In this document: piece after piece, positions 37,236 to 50,172 of the stretch
Numbering within the stretch: position 1 is the first letter of the stretch
Layout of the letters: the number at the start of each line of letters is the position of its first letter
Origin: Podarcis vaucheri
Taxonomy: Eukaryota
Strand: one strand, 5' to 3'
Length of the DNA: 64,000 bases
Assembly: GCA_965113315.1 (NCBI GenBank)
Contig: OZ220367.1
The notes under the pieces: generated by a model
Database searches by the model: none
The model's input: the letters and a program-made list of their open reading frames with translations, nothing else
What the model was told of the DNA's origin: nothing
Position numbers and translations under genes: made by a program

Positions 37236-39545
37236 AGCTTCTTACCGGTATGTAGCAAAACAGAAATTTCCCAACAATGCCGAAAAAGCCCTGTCATTTG
37301 GGAATAGAAATAAAGCAGTGATTCCAGTTATCAAAGGCTAACTTCTCCTGACAGTTCCTAAACAAAACTGAAGTAGGTTCATCACAACCCCTGAGCTGTG
37401 TCCAGGTTGAAATGGATCGAGGAAGTTAGCCTTTTCTAGAATTGCATATCACTGATGCTCAGCCATATAGTACTAACAGATACCTCTGAAAGCCACAGGT
37501 TCAGTTTTCCATAAAACTGCCTTTCTCTCCTGTCACAGTAATGTGCTCATCTGTGGCTTTGCATTGTACTGCATTGTACTACTTCAATGAAGGGAGCAGC
37601 ACTGGTATGATATCCTGGGTCAGTACACTGTAACGTACGACAGATGCAACCTTGGTTTAGTAACACAACATTTTTCTCCTAAGAATTGAAGCACATATAA
37701 CATCTTTAAAGAGGGATGGAAGGGGTGAAAGGCAGTTCCCCAAGTCCTTCTCAGAGAAGTAGAGATTATTTTGTATGTGCTAGAAGTGTTCGGTTGCAGC
37801 CTTAAAGACATTTAGTAGGACGTACATTTTCTTGATCTCAGTAACTGATTGCTGCAATGCAATTCTGCAGTGATACAAATTTATTGCAAATTATTATTAC
37901 AAGAAGAGTAAGCTTTAATTTTCTTTAGTGTACGTGCAATATCGGAAGAAAACAAAGTGTACACTTCCTTAAACTCTTGTCCTGCCTATACATGGGCCTG
38001 CTTAAATTCACATGTATAAAATGGCTATAGCACAATTCTCACTGTTGACCAGAAAAGATTAATGCCTCTTAACTATCTGCCCTATACTCAAATGCTCCCT
38101 TGGCACAGGTCTTTCTGAAATGAATGGCGCTTGCTTGGGTGAAGCAGTTTAAGGACCAAGCCTCTATATTTCCATCAGTGCAGGAGCAAGAAGTTTTTCT
38201 GGAGACTCGTCACTTCCAAAGAACATTCCAGCTAATGGTGGTTTTGCCCACAATGCTGTGTTTCTTTTGTATCCCAAACCACAGATTGATAGGTAGCCAT
38301 TATAGCTGGAATTCCTTGAAGCTGTAATGAGAGGGCTGTAATTTCACGGCTGTGAGGCCATAAGCTATGAAATATGACCTTTATACAGTGTGAGAAAGAA
38401 AACCCAGCACTGTTTTTATATTGTTCTAGTAGGAATCTACTATGAAGAAACCCTCAAATTTCTCACAAAATTGGTCTTAGGGTGCTTTTGCACTTCACCA
38501 GCGACCCATGGGTCAAACTGACCTTTGCCACAGTCTACACCAGAGCACTGAAGTTAAGTCACTGAAGCACATACCATTTCCCAGACGCTTCTAGCCTGAG
38601 CAGAAGCAAAGGAGAGCAGGGCTCTGCTATCTTTAGCACTCGTGTAAGTGCAGGTGTAAACCTTCCTCACCCTTGGATGGCAAACTGTGCCTGCCAAACT
38701 TATGCACACTTTCTGGCCTGTATTCTTCTGCAACTGGTCATCCAAGCTACTTCCATCTGTGCCGCCGACCTAGTGTATGTTTCATCTGCTCCCAGTCCAA
38801 GCCAGTAATGAATCAGCTCTGTAGGTGGAGCAAGATGGGATGATAACAGTGCAATTCTGTATGTCTGCTCAGAAGCTCAGACTCATTTAATTCAACGGAC
38901 TTTTCTGCCAGGGAAGTGGGTGTGAAGATTGTAACACATTTCAAGTGTTCACTTACATTGTCTCAGTGATATTTGCAATAACCTTGCTCAGGTGGTCTTT
39001 ATTATGCCCATTTTGCAGGCTAGGGCTGATAAAATAGTAGCTTACTAGCTCTGCCCACTGAATTCATGACTGAGAGCAGAGGTTTGAACTGTGCACATCC
39101 CAGCTCATAGATTAGACTTGTAAGATATGGGCTTCATGTTCAAGACAGCCCAGCTCCTGCCTGTTCAGACCTTTAGGGGAACTGTCCATACCAAGAGAGG
39201 AAGGGCTGCTTTTCTGCCCTGCTCCTTATCTCTAGTTCTGTTTCTCCTCTCACAGCTGACGTTGGTACAGGAGAAATACAGGATCCCCCTCCTTCCTCAG
39301 TCAGCCTTACATGGTAAGCTGCCATGAGTGGATTTGGGAAGAAGAGATAGGACTGCTAGTTATTTGAATGACTTGCCATCTACCCCTGGACCCACGTAGG
39401 CAACTCTGTTAATGGAGAAAGATGCAGAAATAACACTTGTAGTACAATCCTCTACATGTCTGTGCAGAAGTAAGAGGCACTGGCTTGTATGCAATGGAGT
39501 GCTAAGTAAATGCTCCAGCAGCTCATGAGTTTCCATTAGTGCTAT

Positions 39546-39885
39546 GGGGCCTGACCATTAGGTCCAGTCGTGGCTGACTCTGGGGTTGCGGCGCTCATCT
39601 CGCTTTATTGGCCGAGGGAGCTGGCATACAGCTTCCGGGTCATGTGGCCAGCATGACTAAGCCACTTCTGGCGAACCAGAGCAGCACACGGAAATGCCCT
39701 TTACCTTCCTCCCGGAGCGGTACCTATTTATCTACTTGCACTTTGACGTGCTTTCGAACTGCTAGGTTGGCAGGAGCAGGGACCGGGCAATGGGAGCTGA
39801 CCCCATCACGGGGATTCGAACCGCCGACCTTCTGATAGGCAAGTCCTAGGTTCTGTGGTTTAACCCACAGCGCCACCCGCATCCC
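39546..39885 (-). mobile_element. Sauria SINE (Squam1-type, lacertid-like subfamily), nearly full length
   Basis: tRNA-derived head GGGATGCGGGTGGCGCTGTGGGTTAAACC with B box GGTTCGAATCC, and the characteristic body TAGTCATGCTGGCCACATGACCCGGAAG. The 3' repeat tail is missing. Confidence 0.88.
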
Positions 39886-40060
39886 ATCCTCCCCCTACAT
39901 GCCCCCTAAATCTGTCCTGGGTTTCCCCATACACTCTGGAGCAGATTTGAGGAGGGACACAACAGGGGATGCACACGAGGAGAGGAGAGGGTGCAAAGTC
40001 CTGTAGCACGTGGAAATCTTTGTGCCAATGAGAAGCTTACTTAGTGTTGCATTGGGTACA

Positions 40061-40210
40061 CCTTGGGCCAGTCGTTCACTCTCAGCCTAACCCACCTCAC
40101 AGGGTTGTTGTGAGGATAAAATGGGGAGGAGGAGAACAATATACGCCACCTTGAGCTTCTTGGAGGAATAGTGGGATTTAAATGCAATAATTATAAATAA
40201 AGCAAATAAG
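40061..40210 (+). mobile_element. 3' fragment of a squamate SINE
   Basis: CCTTGGGCCAGTC..CTCTCAGCCTAACCCACCTCACAGGGTTGTTGTGAGGATAAAATGG followed by an A-rich tail. A related decayed copy lies near 53820-53915. Confidence 0.7.
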
Positions 40211-41524
40211 TAATCAAGTTCCATGTGGCTTTCCCCTTGGTATAGAATTTCAGCCTTTGTATTTATGTAGCACATTCAAAATATTCACATCACTCAACAT
40301 ACAACAGCCTTGCGAGGGAGGTAACTTACCAGCACTTCAACAAACATCTGAATTCACCATAAGAATCTTTAGCTTGCTCTCTTCAGAAACTGATACTTAA
40401 AGTTATATTACAGATTATTAGAACCGAAAGAGCTCTATTTAAATAGAACCATTTCTTCACCACTTCCTGAGCTGTTAAGCATTACGACATAGTCATGTTA
40501 CACATGTTCAATATAATTGTAAAGTTGGTGTATTATAGTTCCATATACAGTATATATAACCCCTGGAAGAATAATCAGAAAGCAGGTTAAGACAGAATAC
40601 AATTTATTAGTACCTGCTTTTTCCTGTAAAGACTATACTGGTGGCAATAATAATGACTTATGTGACTTGGCTAAGCTGAATATTATTAGACAAGCAGAAT
40701 ATTATTATAAAGGAAATTATCTGCACTTTATTATGTCCTGTTTTATTCACTTCTGCAAAACAGAACATTTTGGCAAGAGTGGAATTGTCTGGCTTGGGCC
40801 ATTTAGGGTCTAATCATATATATTTTTATATCTGTAGCACTTTAAACTGTTCCTGTTGCAGTAGTTAAAATACAGAAATGTTTATTAACTTTTAAAATGA
40901 GAAAATTCTGAATGAAATTATTGTTTCGCCTCTTCGATTAAAGGAAAATTGTTTTGGATGATCTTATCAGGCTTTGTCGGCCTGCCATCTACTGGCTGGA
41001 CTTTTGTAAGTTTTCCAAAAGGACTGAAAAAGCTTCCTAATTGGAAACATATGCACAAGTTTTTAAAAACTTGCTTTCTAGAGTTGACAAAGCCATGGCT
41101 ATGAAGAATGCATAGCAACCACAGAATGCATGGACATGATAGGAAATGTTAGGGGAACCAAATAGACAATAGATGACCAAAGGGATAAGTTTGGGTATCT
41201 TGCTGATTGTCTAATACCATGTTTGTTTTTCCTCTCCCCTTTTAGTTAATCTTAATAGCCGAGAGCTACGTTTTACTATTTTTAAACCACTGAGTGAAGC
41301 TTAATGAATGCTACCTCTTCAGATCTAAAATCCCAACAGTTGTTAATTAGTCATGGTTGACCTACAGTGGTGACAGACCGTACCAAAAATACTAGGTGTA
41401 GGAAAGGAAATAGTTACAGCTTCCACTTCTAAATGGATCAGTACATAATTTCCCTTTAGTGATTCATAGGTTTACTACTAAGGGCACAGGAATGACAATT
41501 TTCTTATGTCGCCATTTATGTTTT

Positions 41525-41715
41525 GTAGACTCATTGAGTTGGAAGGGACTTTGGAGATCATCTAGCTAAACCCGCTCCTGAATGCTGGTCTGGGATGAAG
41601 GATGCTGCTACAGCATCCCTGACAGATGGCTGTCAACGCCCTGCAACAAATAAGAACTCACCACCTCTCCATTCAACAACTGAACAGTTATTCTTGTTAA
41701 GAAGTTTCTATGGAC
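41525..41715 (-). mobile_element. CR1 LINE 3' end fragment
   Basis: GAGTTGGAAGGGACTTTGGAGATCATCTAG.. resembles a reverse-complemented CR1 3' end. Confidence 0.55.
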
Positions 41716-44700
41716 CCTGGGCCCTAAATAGTGGTGGTTGTGACTATGGTGTCTATAGAAAGCATGACAATTTTTAGCTGGGTCAAACCAATAACCTTTA
41801 TTCAGTTCCATTTCAGTTACTGAAAAGAGAACTTGATTGTGGAAAATGGGTCAAATCTAGTTATTTCATTGGCAATCAAAATGCAGGAAGATGAAAATAT
41901 TCTTTACTGTGATCCACTGATGTCTCTCCATTCAGTGTTTTTATGTGCACATTTTAAACTAAAAAGGTTTCAGCTCCATTCTCCCTCTCCAAGGGGAATG
42001 TATTAAGTAGATTAAAGAAACAGACAGCTCAACACAAGTACAAGTTTATTTAAAGATTTGTCACTGGTGCAGTGTTTGTTCTTCCTTCAATATATATTCT
42101 AATATTTATGTATGGCAACCCAGCAGTCCCGCACTGCAGTCAGCTTGCCATTTCGCATGTTCAGAGCAAAGTCACCTATTCATTGGATAATAAACCTAAT
42201 CTACCTTGCAGCTGATGGGTTCTCCATCATGCAGATGAACTGCCCCAGCTCTATTCAGCAGAAAGCACAGGAGGGCTTACTTTGCTATAAATAAATTGTG
42301 TGACTATGTTAAGTGGCTAGTTCAAACTGTGGCACAGACCCAAAGATCACTTGAGTTGCAGAAGGGGAAAGGAGTTGTCACCAAGAGAAGAGTCATCTTA
42401 CTGTGTTGTGAATGGAAAGTATAGCTGACCAAATTCTTTTCTAAGAGCTGATGCCCACAAGTCTCTTCAACGCTGTGTTTCAGTAATTTGTAAGTGATAC
42501 CGAGATGCTTTGTCCCCAAATCCTTTGATTCGCATAAGTGGAACTGTTGGTTCCCTAATACTGGGACAAGCTGCAGTTCTGGTATTAGGCATAGCATGTA
42601 CAGTGCAACCTAGATCATTTGGCAGTACACTGTGGGCTTCACACAAATACCCGCAGTATTATAAGTCACGCAAATACAGAAAAAGACTCAAACAATGCAC
42701 AGCTTGTCTGACAACCATGCCTATCATATGAAGCAGAAAAAGTGCGGCCTTATCTGCAGTTGACTTATGAATACTAGTCTGTTTCTTACCCCGGAGACCT
42801 CTCTGGGGATGTAATAAAAGCCTCCCTGGAAGGCATGCTTAAATCCTAGTTTGCACTGGAAGCCTACAACTAGCTTACTCACACAAGACTTTAATACATA
42901 TTATTAACAATATCTTAAATATGACACTCTAATACTTCAGATAGTCATACAAAGGCAAGAGAGAGCAATATTGGTAAAATTTCACAATCCGTCTCCCTCT
43001 CCACACTTTCCTGCTTCATTTGAATCTAAACCATAATACACATAAAGTTTTGTGTATTCTGATCTTTTTTTGACATATGGCAAAAAGACCCAACATAACA
43101 TTTCTTCAAGGAACACTCGACTAGTAATAGATTTTACTATCATGATCTGATTTGAATAGTTAGGCTGCACTCAAGATACAGTAGCCACACAATCTGTTGG
43201 CGAAACTTGGGAACCTGGGACATTCTGTGCTACTCGGTGCCCCAATTCCCATCCATCCATTTCCTACTTAATTATTTCCCCGCCATTTCCCCCGCCATTT
43301 TTATAAGCTGCAGCACGTTAAGGGTTATCATGAAGGCGCTTTGTTTTTGCTACTCACCTTAACTCTAGGAGCACTATAATCCAAACCAGAACTAAAATTA
43401 ATTAATTGAGAAGGTGTGTGGATACCGACTCTACATCCTTGTCTCTGCTGTGACTCCTGTAGAGAGCACTGGTATCTATTTCTAATACTGCTTAGATTGT
43501 AAGTCACATTTGAATGTCTGCTAGAAACAGCTTAGTATAAGTGCACTGCCATTTTCATTCTGCCTCAAAAGGCTTCAGCTGTAGTGCCCTAATGCCCTAG
43601 TAATGGATATCCCGTTTGGAATACTGAACCTATTTTAATATGACAAAGCGAATGCAGAGCATAATACAAATTGTCATAAAGAACAGCTTAGTCCTCACAA
43701 TGCCCTCAACTGGTGGTGTCACTGAAGTCAACAGGATTTGTGCTGGCGGTGTCCCTTGGAGGCAAGATGTCAATGCTTGAAAACTTTTCCATCCTCTGGG
43801 TCTTTTCACACATGAGACTTGTAGTGTTTTTTAAAATATTGCTTTGTAATGCAGATGTGAAGCCTGTGCTGGCCAGAATGCTCATTCAAATGACAAATGT
43901 CTCTCTTTTCCTTCCCGTTTTGCACTTAACAAGGATTACACACTCACATAAATAGCATGAGAGAAGCACAAGCAACTATTTAAACTTCATGTCTGATAAC
44001 ACTTTCAGTCTCCAAGGATGCAAACCTGTCATCAGTTATGCTTTGGCAAATCCCATTGACAGCCAATGGGTACACGCATGTTACTAATGACATATAAAAT
44101 TGCATTTTAAATATGTATAAATGGCGAAACAATAGGGATTCGGTCTTTTGGTATAATTTATCATCCCTTTTCTTAGTTATTTCCACAGATTTTCTTAACT
44201 TTTGATCATTAGCGTAGGCCACAGGGTTTGTTTGTTTTAACCTATACCTTGTGGGAAATTCATTAAAACATTTAACGAAACAAATCCTTTCTTCCAAATC
44301 CTTTTTTTAAAAGAATGGCTTTATTCGTGGCACTCGGCATCCTTGTCTACCTCTGTTAGGAGACCTAACTGGCAAATCATCAGTTATTTCCCCATCAAAC
44401 TTCAAGCATCTTCCGTATTGATAGAAGAGTTTGAAACCTCCATTCAGCTGCAATGCGCCAGGTGTATGAAAATAACAAAGAATCTGTTAGAAGCGGCTGA
44501 TACACAAATTGCTTCTCTATTTGGATTTGTGCTTGGAAATCTATTTGACCTACTTTGTCTTGCCTGTCTGTTAAAAAGGTGGGGGTAAGAAGAAGGACCG
44601 TGTGGAAATCAATGTGGATCTGCTTATTGCACAGAAGGGCTTGTTCCAACCAGGAGACTACTGTGTAGGACAGACAAGCATCTGCTTTGATACAACTTCA

Positions 44701-46170
44701 CGACATAATAAAGGTTGCATCCCAGCATCTAAGCTGTGACTGTGAAGAGCTCAGGTGGCTTTGATATTTAGGCCATCTGGGTGCTGGTATCACAGTGTGC
44801 AGAGCAGAGGTCTTATTCAGATCACATGCCATTAAGCCAAAGGCAGTGTCTTTATATCCCATACAGATCTGTTTTGCTTATTCCAGGCCTGTTCAAGTTG
44901 CAAAAACAGGACATTTATTGATGATCTGTAGAGCTGCTGTGCTGTGTCCAAATTGAACTGTTTCTTAATAGCAATAATTTTGCCCTAGAAGAGTTCTCAC
45001 ACAGGAGTCACACCTGGTTTGCTGTATTAGGATGCCCTTTTCATAATGCCATGGTACTAGAAGGGGCAAGAAATCCATTTGGCCCAAAGGCCACATTGTA
45101 TATTATGATTTCTCACACAAAAGGCTGCTGTCAGACCCAACTCTGAAAGTGAGGCAGGAAAAGTCGAGACGGACGAGGGGAACCAAGTGACAACAGTCTC
45201 TAGCCAGAACAGGTTTCCTATTTGTTCAGGCCAGCAAGCAAACCTGACCCAGAGGGTTTTATAAGCATTGCAGGGTATATAGCCTGACCTAATGGTACAA
45301 AGAGGCTTCCTTGACTATTGTGGCTGGACTCATATCAGTTTCTTATTTTGGCCAGAACTGAGTGGGTGTGTGAAGAACAAACTGAAGCCCTGCCAGAGAG
45401 ATTCGGGAGGTTGCCAGTTCAAGACTCACTGTGGGCTTGAGTCCAGACAGGCACAATAAGAGAACAGGTGCAATGCATAAACATTCCAACAGAGTAAATA
45501 GTTCCAGATGACTTAGACAAGAGACTTGAGCAACTTTCTATGGGGAAAAGCAAAAGTTGCTTTAAAAAATGGGATCTGGGGCTTTTTCTGGCATTAGAGT
45601 TGGCCACAGACCATATATTGAATGGCTGAGACTTAACCCTTCAGGTAATTTTTCTTAGGTAAGTCAGTGTGTGAGTTAGTTTTGCTCATGCTGAGGACTG
45701 TCCTCTGGGTTCAAGACAAAACCTGATTGGTCATTTTAAAAGTGTTTTTTTTGTTTTGTTTTTTTTGCAAATGGTTTTAAATTTTTCAGGCCAGAATGAC
45801 TCAAGGGAAGGTTTTCCAGTTGGCTTTTGTAAAGGGGAATTAACAAGTGGTAAATTGTAGCCCAGCAGGATTTGGCCTAGACCTAAATCTAGCACACATT
45901 AAAATTTTGCCCCAAAGAATCTTCCCACCAAGCCCCAATGTTCAGAGGGGAAATGTTTCAGCAATGTCAGGGATCAGGTTCCAGTCAAGTATAAGAAGGC
46001 TGGTGGTGCAGGAAAGGCCAAGAGGAAGGGAATGCAAGACTGCAGTGACATGAAGCGAATCTGGAACATGGCTAGGCAAGAGCGGAGGAGATATGGAGAG
46101 CTTGGGAGATGCAAGGAGGAGATGGGGCACAGCTTGGCAAACTTGAAGTTGTATTAGGAGGGCATTTGTG

Positions 46171-46510
46171 CAGAGATGGGGAAACTGTAACCCTCTAGAT
46201 GTTTTTGGACTGCAACTCCCATTATTCCACTAGTCAGTATGACCAATGGAGGCTGGTCCATTGGGGTGAACCCACTGCTTGTCAGCTTCCTCCATCTTAG
46301 TCTCAGTGTTGCTCTAGTGGAACTCAGCAGGAAGGACTACAGAGACAGAATTAGAATTAGTTGGTTCCACCTGTCATTGCGACTGGCTCCACCTACTGTT
46401 GACTTACCTACCTTCTGGTCCTACTGGGCTCCACCCACCACTGAATATGGCCCATGGTCAGGGATAATGGGAGCTGTAAGCCAACAACACCTGGAGTTTC
46501 CCCAGTCCTG
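46171..46510. mobile_element. Palindromic hAT MITE interrupted by a second hAT element at 46244-46443
   Basis: Outer arms ..GATGTTTTTGGACTGCAACTCCCATTAT / ATAATGGGAGCTGTAAGCCAACAACACC.. are mutually inverted. Inner ends are CAATGGAGGCTGG / CCACCCACCACTG with TSD AGTATGAC / AATATGGC. Confidence 0.65.
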
Positions 46511-48739
46511 TTTTTATGATTGAACTGCCCTATCAGCAATTGGATCAACTGACTAGGGCAGAGATTATTGCTGGTACTAATGGTTTATAGACATTAAGGT
46601 TGAAATTACTGCCAGCAACCATAGGTCTAAAAAGAGTTAGGAATATAGGTTGTTTGGTTTCTGGGTGTTTACTAGTGACTGTAGCAACAAGATGGAATTT
46701 TTCAGGTGGAATTTGCATTTAAATAATATGTTAAGATATTTAAGCCCAACAATAATTCAGATTTCATGTAGAACTTCACTTAAAATGCAGAAAGCTGTTA
46801 ACTATCACATCAGACACCAGCGAAGGATGATAATGGATGGTTGTTTTGGAATAACTGTGAATGTAAACATGATTCAAGGCACTGGAACAAGCTTATGGAA
46901 AATATGTGTTCAATGAATCACATGACTTTCATTCCCTATTGTAATGTGATCAGAGAATGATGAAGCCAAGAAGCATTTGTGCCAGGAAGCCTCATACAAG
47001 AAGGCAACTTGGAGACTGGATTGATTGCCATGTAGATAACCTGATATATTCGTGCTTACTTTGCTTAACTACCTTCTTAGTAAAATTACTGTGGTACACA
47101 TCATCTGACATTGCCAAAAATAGAGAAGGGCTCTGATTGGACATTTGCACTAGTAGATAAAGTTAAAAAACAAACAAACAAACTACTAATCTACCAAGTA
47201 TGAGATGTTGGGGGGGGGGTAGGAGGAAGACCAGCAGGGAATCACATACATACTTGCTGGGTTCCTTGATATAGTGCACTGGTGAAGGGATGCCATTGAG
47301 GTGCAAGTTCTTAACATCCTTGTGCAACCTGAATTGCAATCAAATACCACAGCATTTTTGTGAACACAGTTTAAAAAGAACCCAGTATTAACATTCGTAA
47401 AATCCACGGCCTTTTACCAATATTATACACATATGATGAGGCTTTTTATTGATCTTGTTGTCTTGTTATGCAAGATGTTTTTGCAGAGATTTACCATAAT
47501 AATGTCCTCTAATGAAGCTGATTATGTATCCCACAAGGCACATTAATATATGAATAAATTGTTCTTAAGGTAGGTCTATTTATCACAGGAACAGCAATAA
47601 GCATAATACAGTGTTCCATAGAGCATAGTATACACTGTAATATATGGATGCATCTAATATTTATATTTTTTTCTATAGGATCATTTCTAGAACAATGAGC
47701 ATTTGCAGTGCTTGGTGTGAAAACAAGGAACCAATAAGAGCAAAGAAAAATGTTAAGAGTGCACAGGTCAAAAACAACCCCATGTCCATCACTTAACAAT
47801 GTGGTTAGTGGTCACTATAAAGATCACATTATCATTATGACCATTTTTCAGGAGAGAGATTGATGGTGATGTCTATGTGAATGTATGGAACTGTTTACTC
47901 TGGGCACAAAACAGCCAAAGTCCAGCATATACACACCCCATTGATTTATATGGGAGAACTAGGCATATGCTTTACCATTTCCTGTTAAAATGGACCATTT
48001 AAGTATTATTGCATGCCACCTCAATCTCAGAGTGGTGTGAGATTCGAGGGTTCTAGGCACTTAACCCAGGGTTTGATTTCCTTGGAACAAGGGACAGCAG
48101 AGATTGTGGCGTCTTTATGATATTTCCTTTATTTACACATAAGTACAACCTGGACATATGATGAAAGGGCTCACAGTGTTAACCCCCACTGCTGTTTCTC
48201 CCATGGACATGAATTACCACCAGCATTAATTGTGTTGTATAAAATACATAAATAGTAGAAATGAAAATAGGAAAGCCTCCTGAGAAAAGTGTCAGGGAAC
48301 TGGAAGGCCGGCTAAAAGATTAGGAAGAAGTCCTTCACTATCTACCCAATCTACAATCTAGTTTTATCTAAATAAATAGATGGAGAGTTGGTGATCACAC
48401 CTGTCTCACTAGAGAGACCGTAAGTCAGGTTGCAACCCTAAAGACACTTATTAAGGAGGAAGTCCCACTGAAAACAATTGGGCTTCCAAGTAAGCATGCA
48501 TAGGGTTGTGTTGTCATGGTCAAGCACACACAGAGATCTGCAGCTATAACCTCCAGCTAAATGACCTTGGGTAGCAGAACTGGGAGAGACACTTTGCTTG
48601 TAACCACAGAGAGCCACAGCTAGAATAAAAAAGTACATATGAAATACATGATAAGGGAATATTTGGGGGGGGGGGTGTTAAGGGACATATAAACATTATT
48701 TCTTTTTAAAGTTTTTTGCTTATGCTTAATATATAATAT

Positions 48740-49166
48740 TGTTGTTTAGTCGTTTAGTCGTGTCCGACTCTTCGTGACCCCATGGACCAGAGCACGCCAG
48801 GCACTTCTGTCCTCCACTGCCTCCCGCAGTTTGATCAAACTCATGCTGGTAGCTTCAAGAACACCATCCAACCATCTCATTCTCTGTCGTCCCCTTCTCC
48901 TTGTGCCCTCCATCTTTCCCAACATCAGGGTCTTTTCCAGGGAGTCTTCTCTTCTCATGAGGTGGCCAAAGTATTGGAGCCTCAGCTTCACAATCTGTCC
49001 TTCCAGTGAGCGCTCAGGGCTGATTTCCTTCAGAATGGAGAGGTTTGATCTTCTTGCAGTCCATGGGACTCTCAAGAGTCTCCTCCAGCACCATAATTCA
49101 AAAGCATCAATTCTTCGGCGATCAGCCTTCTTTATGGTCCAGCTCTCACTTCCATACATCACTAGT
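48740..49166 (-). mobile_element. 5'-truncated RTE/BovB-type LINE (ORF2 C-terminus plus 3' tail)
   Basis: Stop-free ORF 48746..49162 (YGSESWTIKKADRRRIDAFELWCWRRLLRVPWTARRSN...YFGHLMRREDSLEKTLMLGK...RWLD), tail ACGACTAAACGACTAAACAACA, and 11-bp TSD ATATATAATAT at 48729-48739 and 49167-49177. Confidence 0.92.
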
Positions 49167-49217
49167 ATATATAATATATGCAGGGCTAAATAGACTGTTG
49201 GCCTGGCCCATGATTAG

Positions 49218-49400
49218 GAAGAAGAAGAAGAAGAAGAAGAAGAAGAGGAGGAGGAGGAGGAGGAGGAGGAGGAGGAGTTTGGATTTGATATCCCGCTTTA
49301 TCACTACCCTAAGGAGTCTCAAAGCGAATAACAATCTCCTTTCTCTTCCTCCCCCACAACAAATACTTTGTGAGGTGAGTGGGGCTGAGAGACTTCAGAA
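49218..49400 (-). mobile_element. 3' part of a squamate SINE (Squam3-like) with an (AAG)n(GAG)n microsatellite tail
   Basis: GGATTTGATATCCCGCTTTATCACTACCC..GGAGTCTCAAAGCG..CCCCCACAACAA..TGTGAGGTGAGTGGGGCTGAGAG resembles the reverse-complemented 3' end of a common lizard SINE. Confidence 0.7.
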
Positions 49401-49919
49401 GCTTCATATGGTTTCTCCTGGTCCTTCTCCCCACCCCTGACTGTTGTGGTGCCTCCCTGCTTATGGCAAGTGGGTTACTCGTCTCATTTAGCATGAGCAG
49501 AAGTTATATTTTGCACACACCAGCAGAACCCACACTGGGATAGTTTGCAATGCCACACAAAGCTTGGTTCATCTGGCTTGTTCTGCTCTAATCAGGAGCA
49601 GGTCCCACAGGCATAGGAATAAACACAAGACAGATAGCTGCCTACATCAGCCACAAATCCCAGTGACTCAAATGAGTGCATACGATTGTCCTAAATAATT
49701 GTGTGGTTTTTTTAAAATGACTGTTCATTTGCGTTAGCTGGTTTATGGGATGGGTCACTTAAGAGCAGTTTGATTAGCTGCTAGATATAAAGAGTCATTT
49801 TTTTTTTGCTGTTTTATAATGCTGTTGTTGGCATTACTTTTATATTCTATTGATTTGTTGTGTTTGAATGGATTGTTGTTTACTATCCTGGGAGCCCTTG
49901 GGTTGAAATGCAGGACATA

Positions 49920-50172
49920 CAGTGGTGCCTCGCAAGACGAAAATAATTCGTTCCGCGAGTCTTTTCGTCTTGCGATGTTTTTCATCTTGTGAAGCACGGT
50001 CCGTCGTAACTGCGCCTCTTCAAGCGGCTTTAAGAAAAAAGCGCAAGACGTTTTCATCTTGCGAAGCAAGCCCATAGGGAAATTCGTCCAGCGAAGCAAC
50101 GCAAAACTGAAAAACCCTTTCGTCTAGCGAGTTTTTCGTCTTGCGAGGCATTCGTCTTGCGGGGCACCACTG
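49920..50172. mobile_element. Complete Tc1/mariner (Tigger-like) MITE, 253 bp
   Basis: TIRs CAGTGGTGCCTCGCAAGACGAA / TTCGTCTTGCGGGGCACCACTG (1 mismatch in 22), with TA TSD at 49918-49919 and 50173-50174. Confidence 0.9.
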
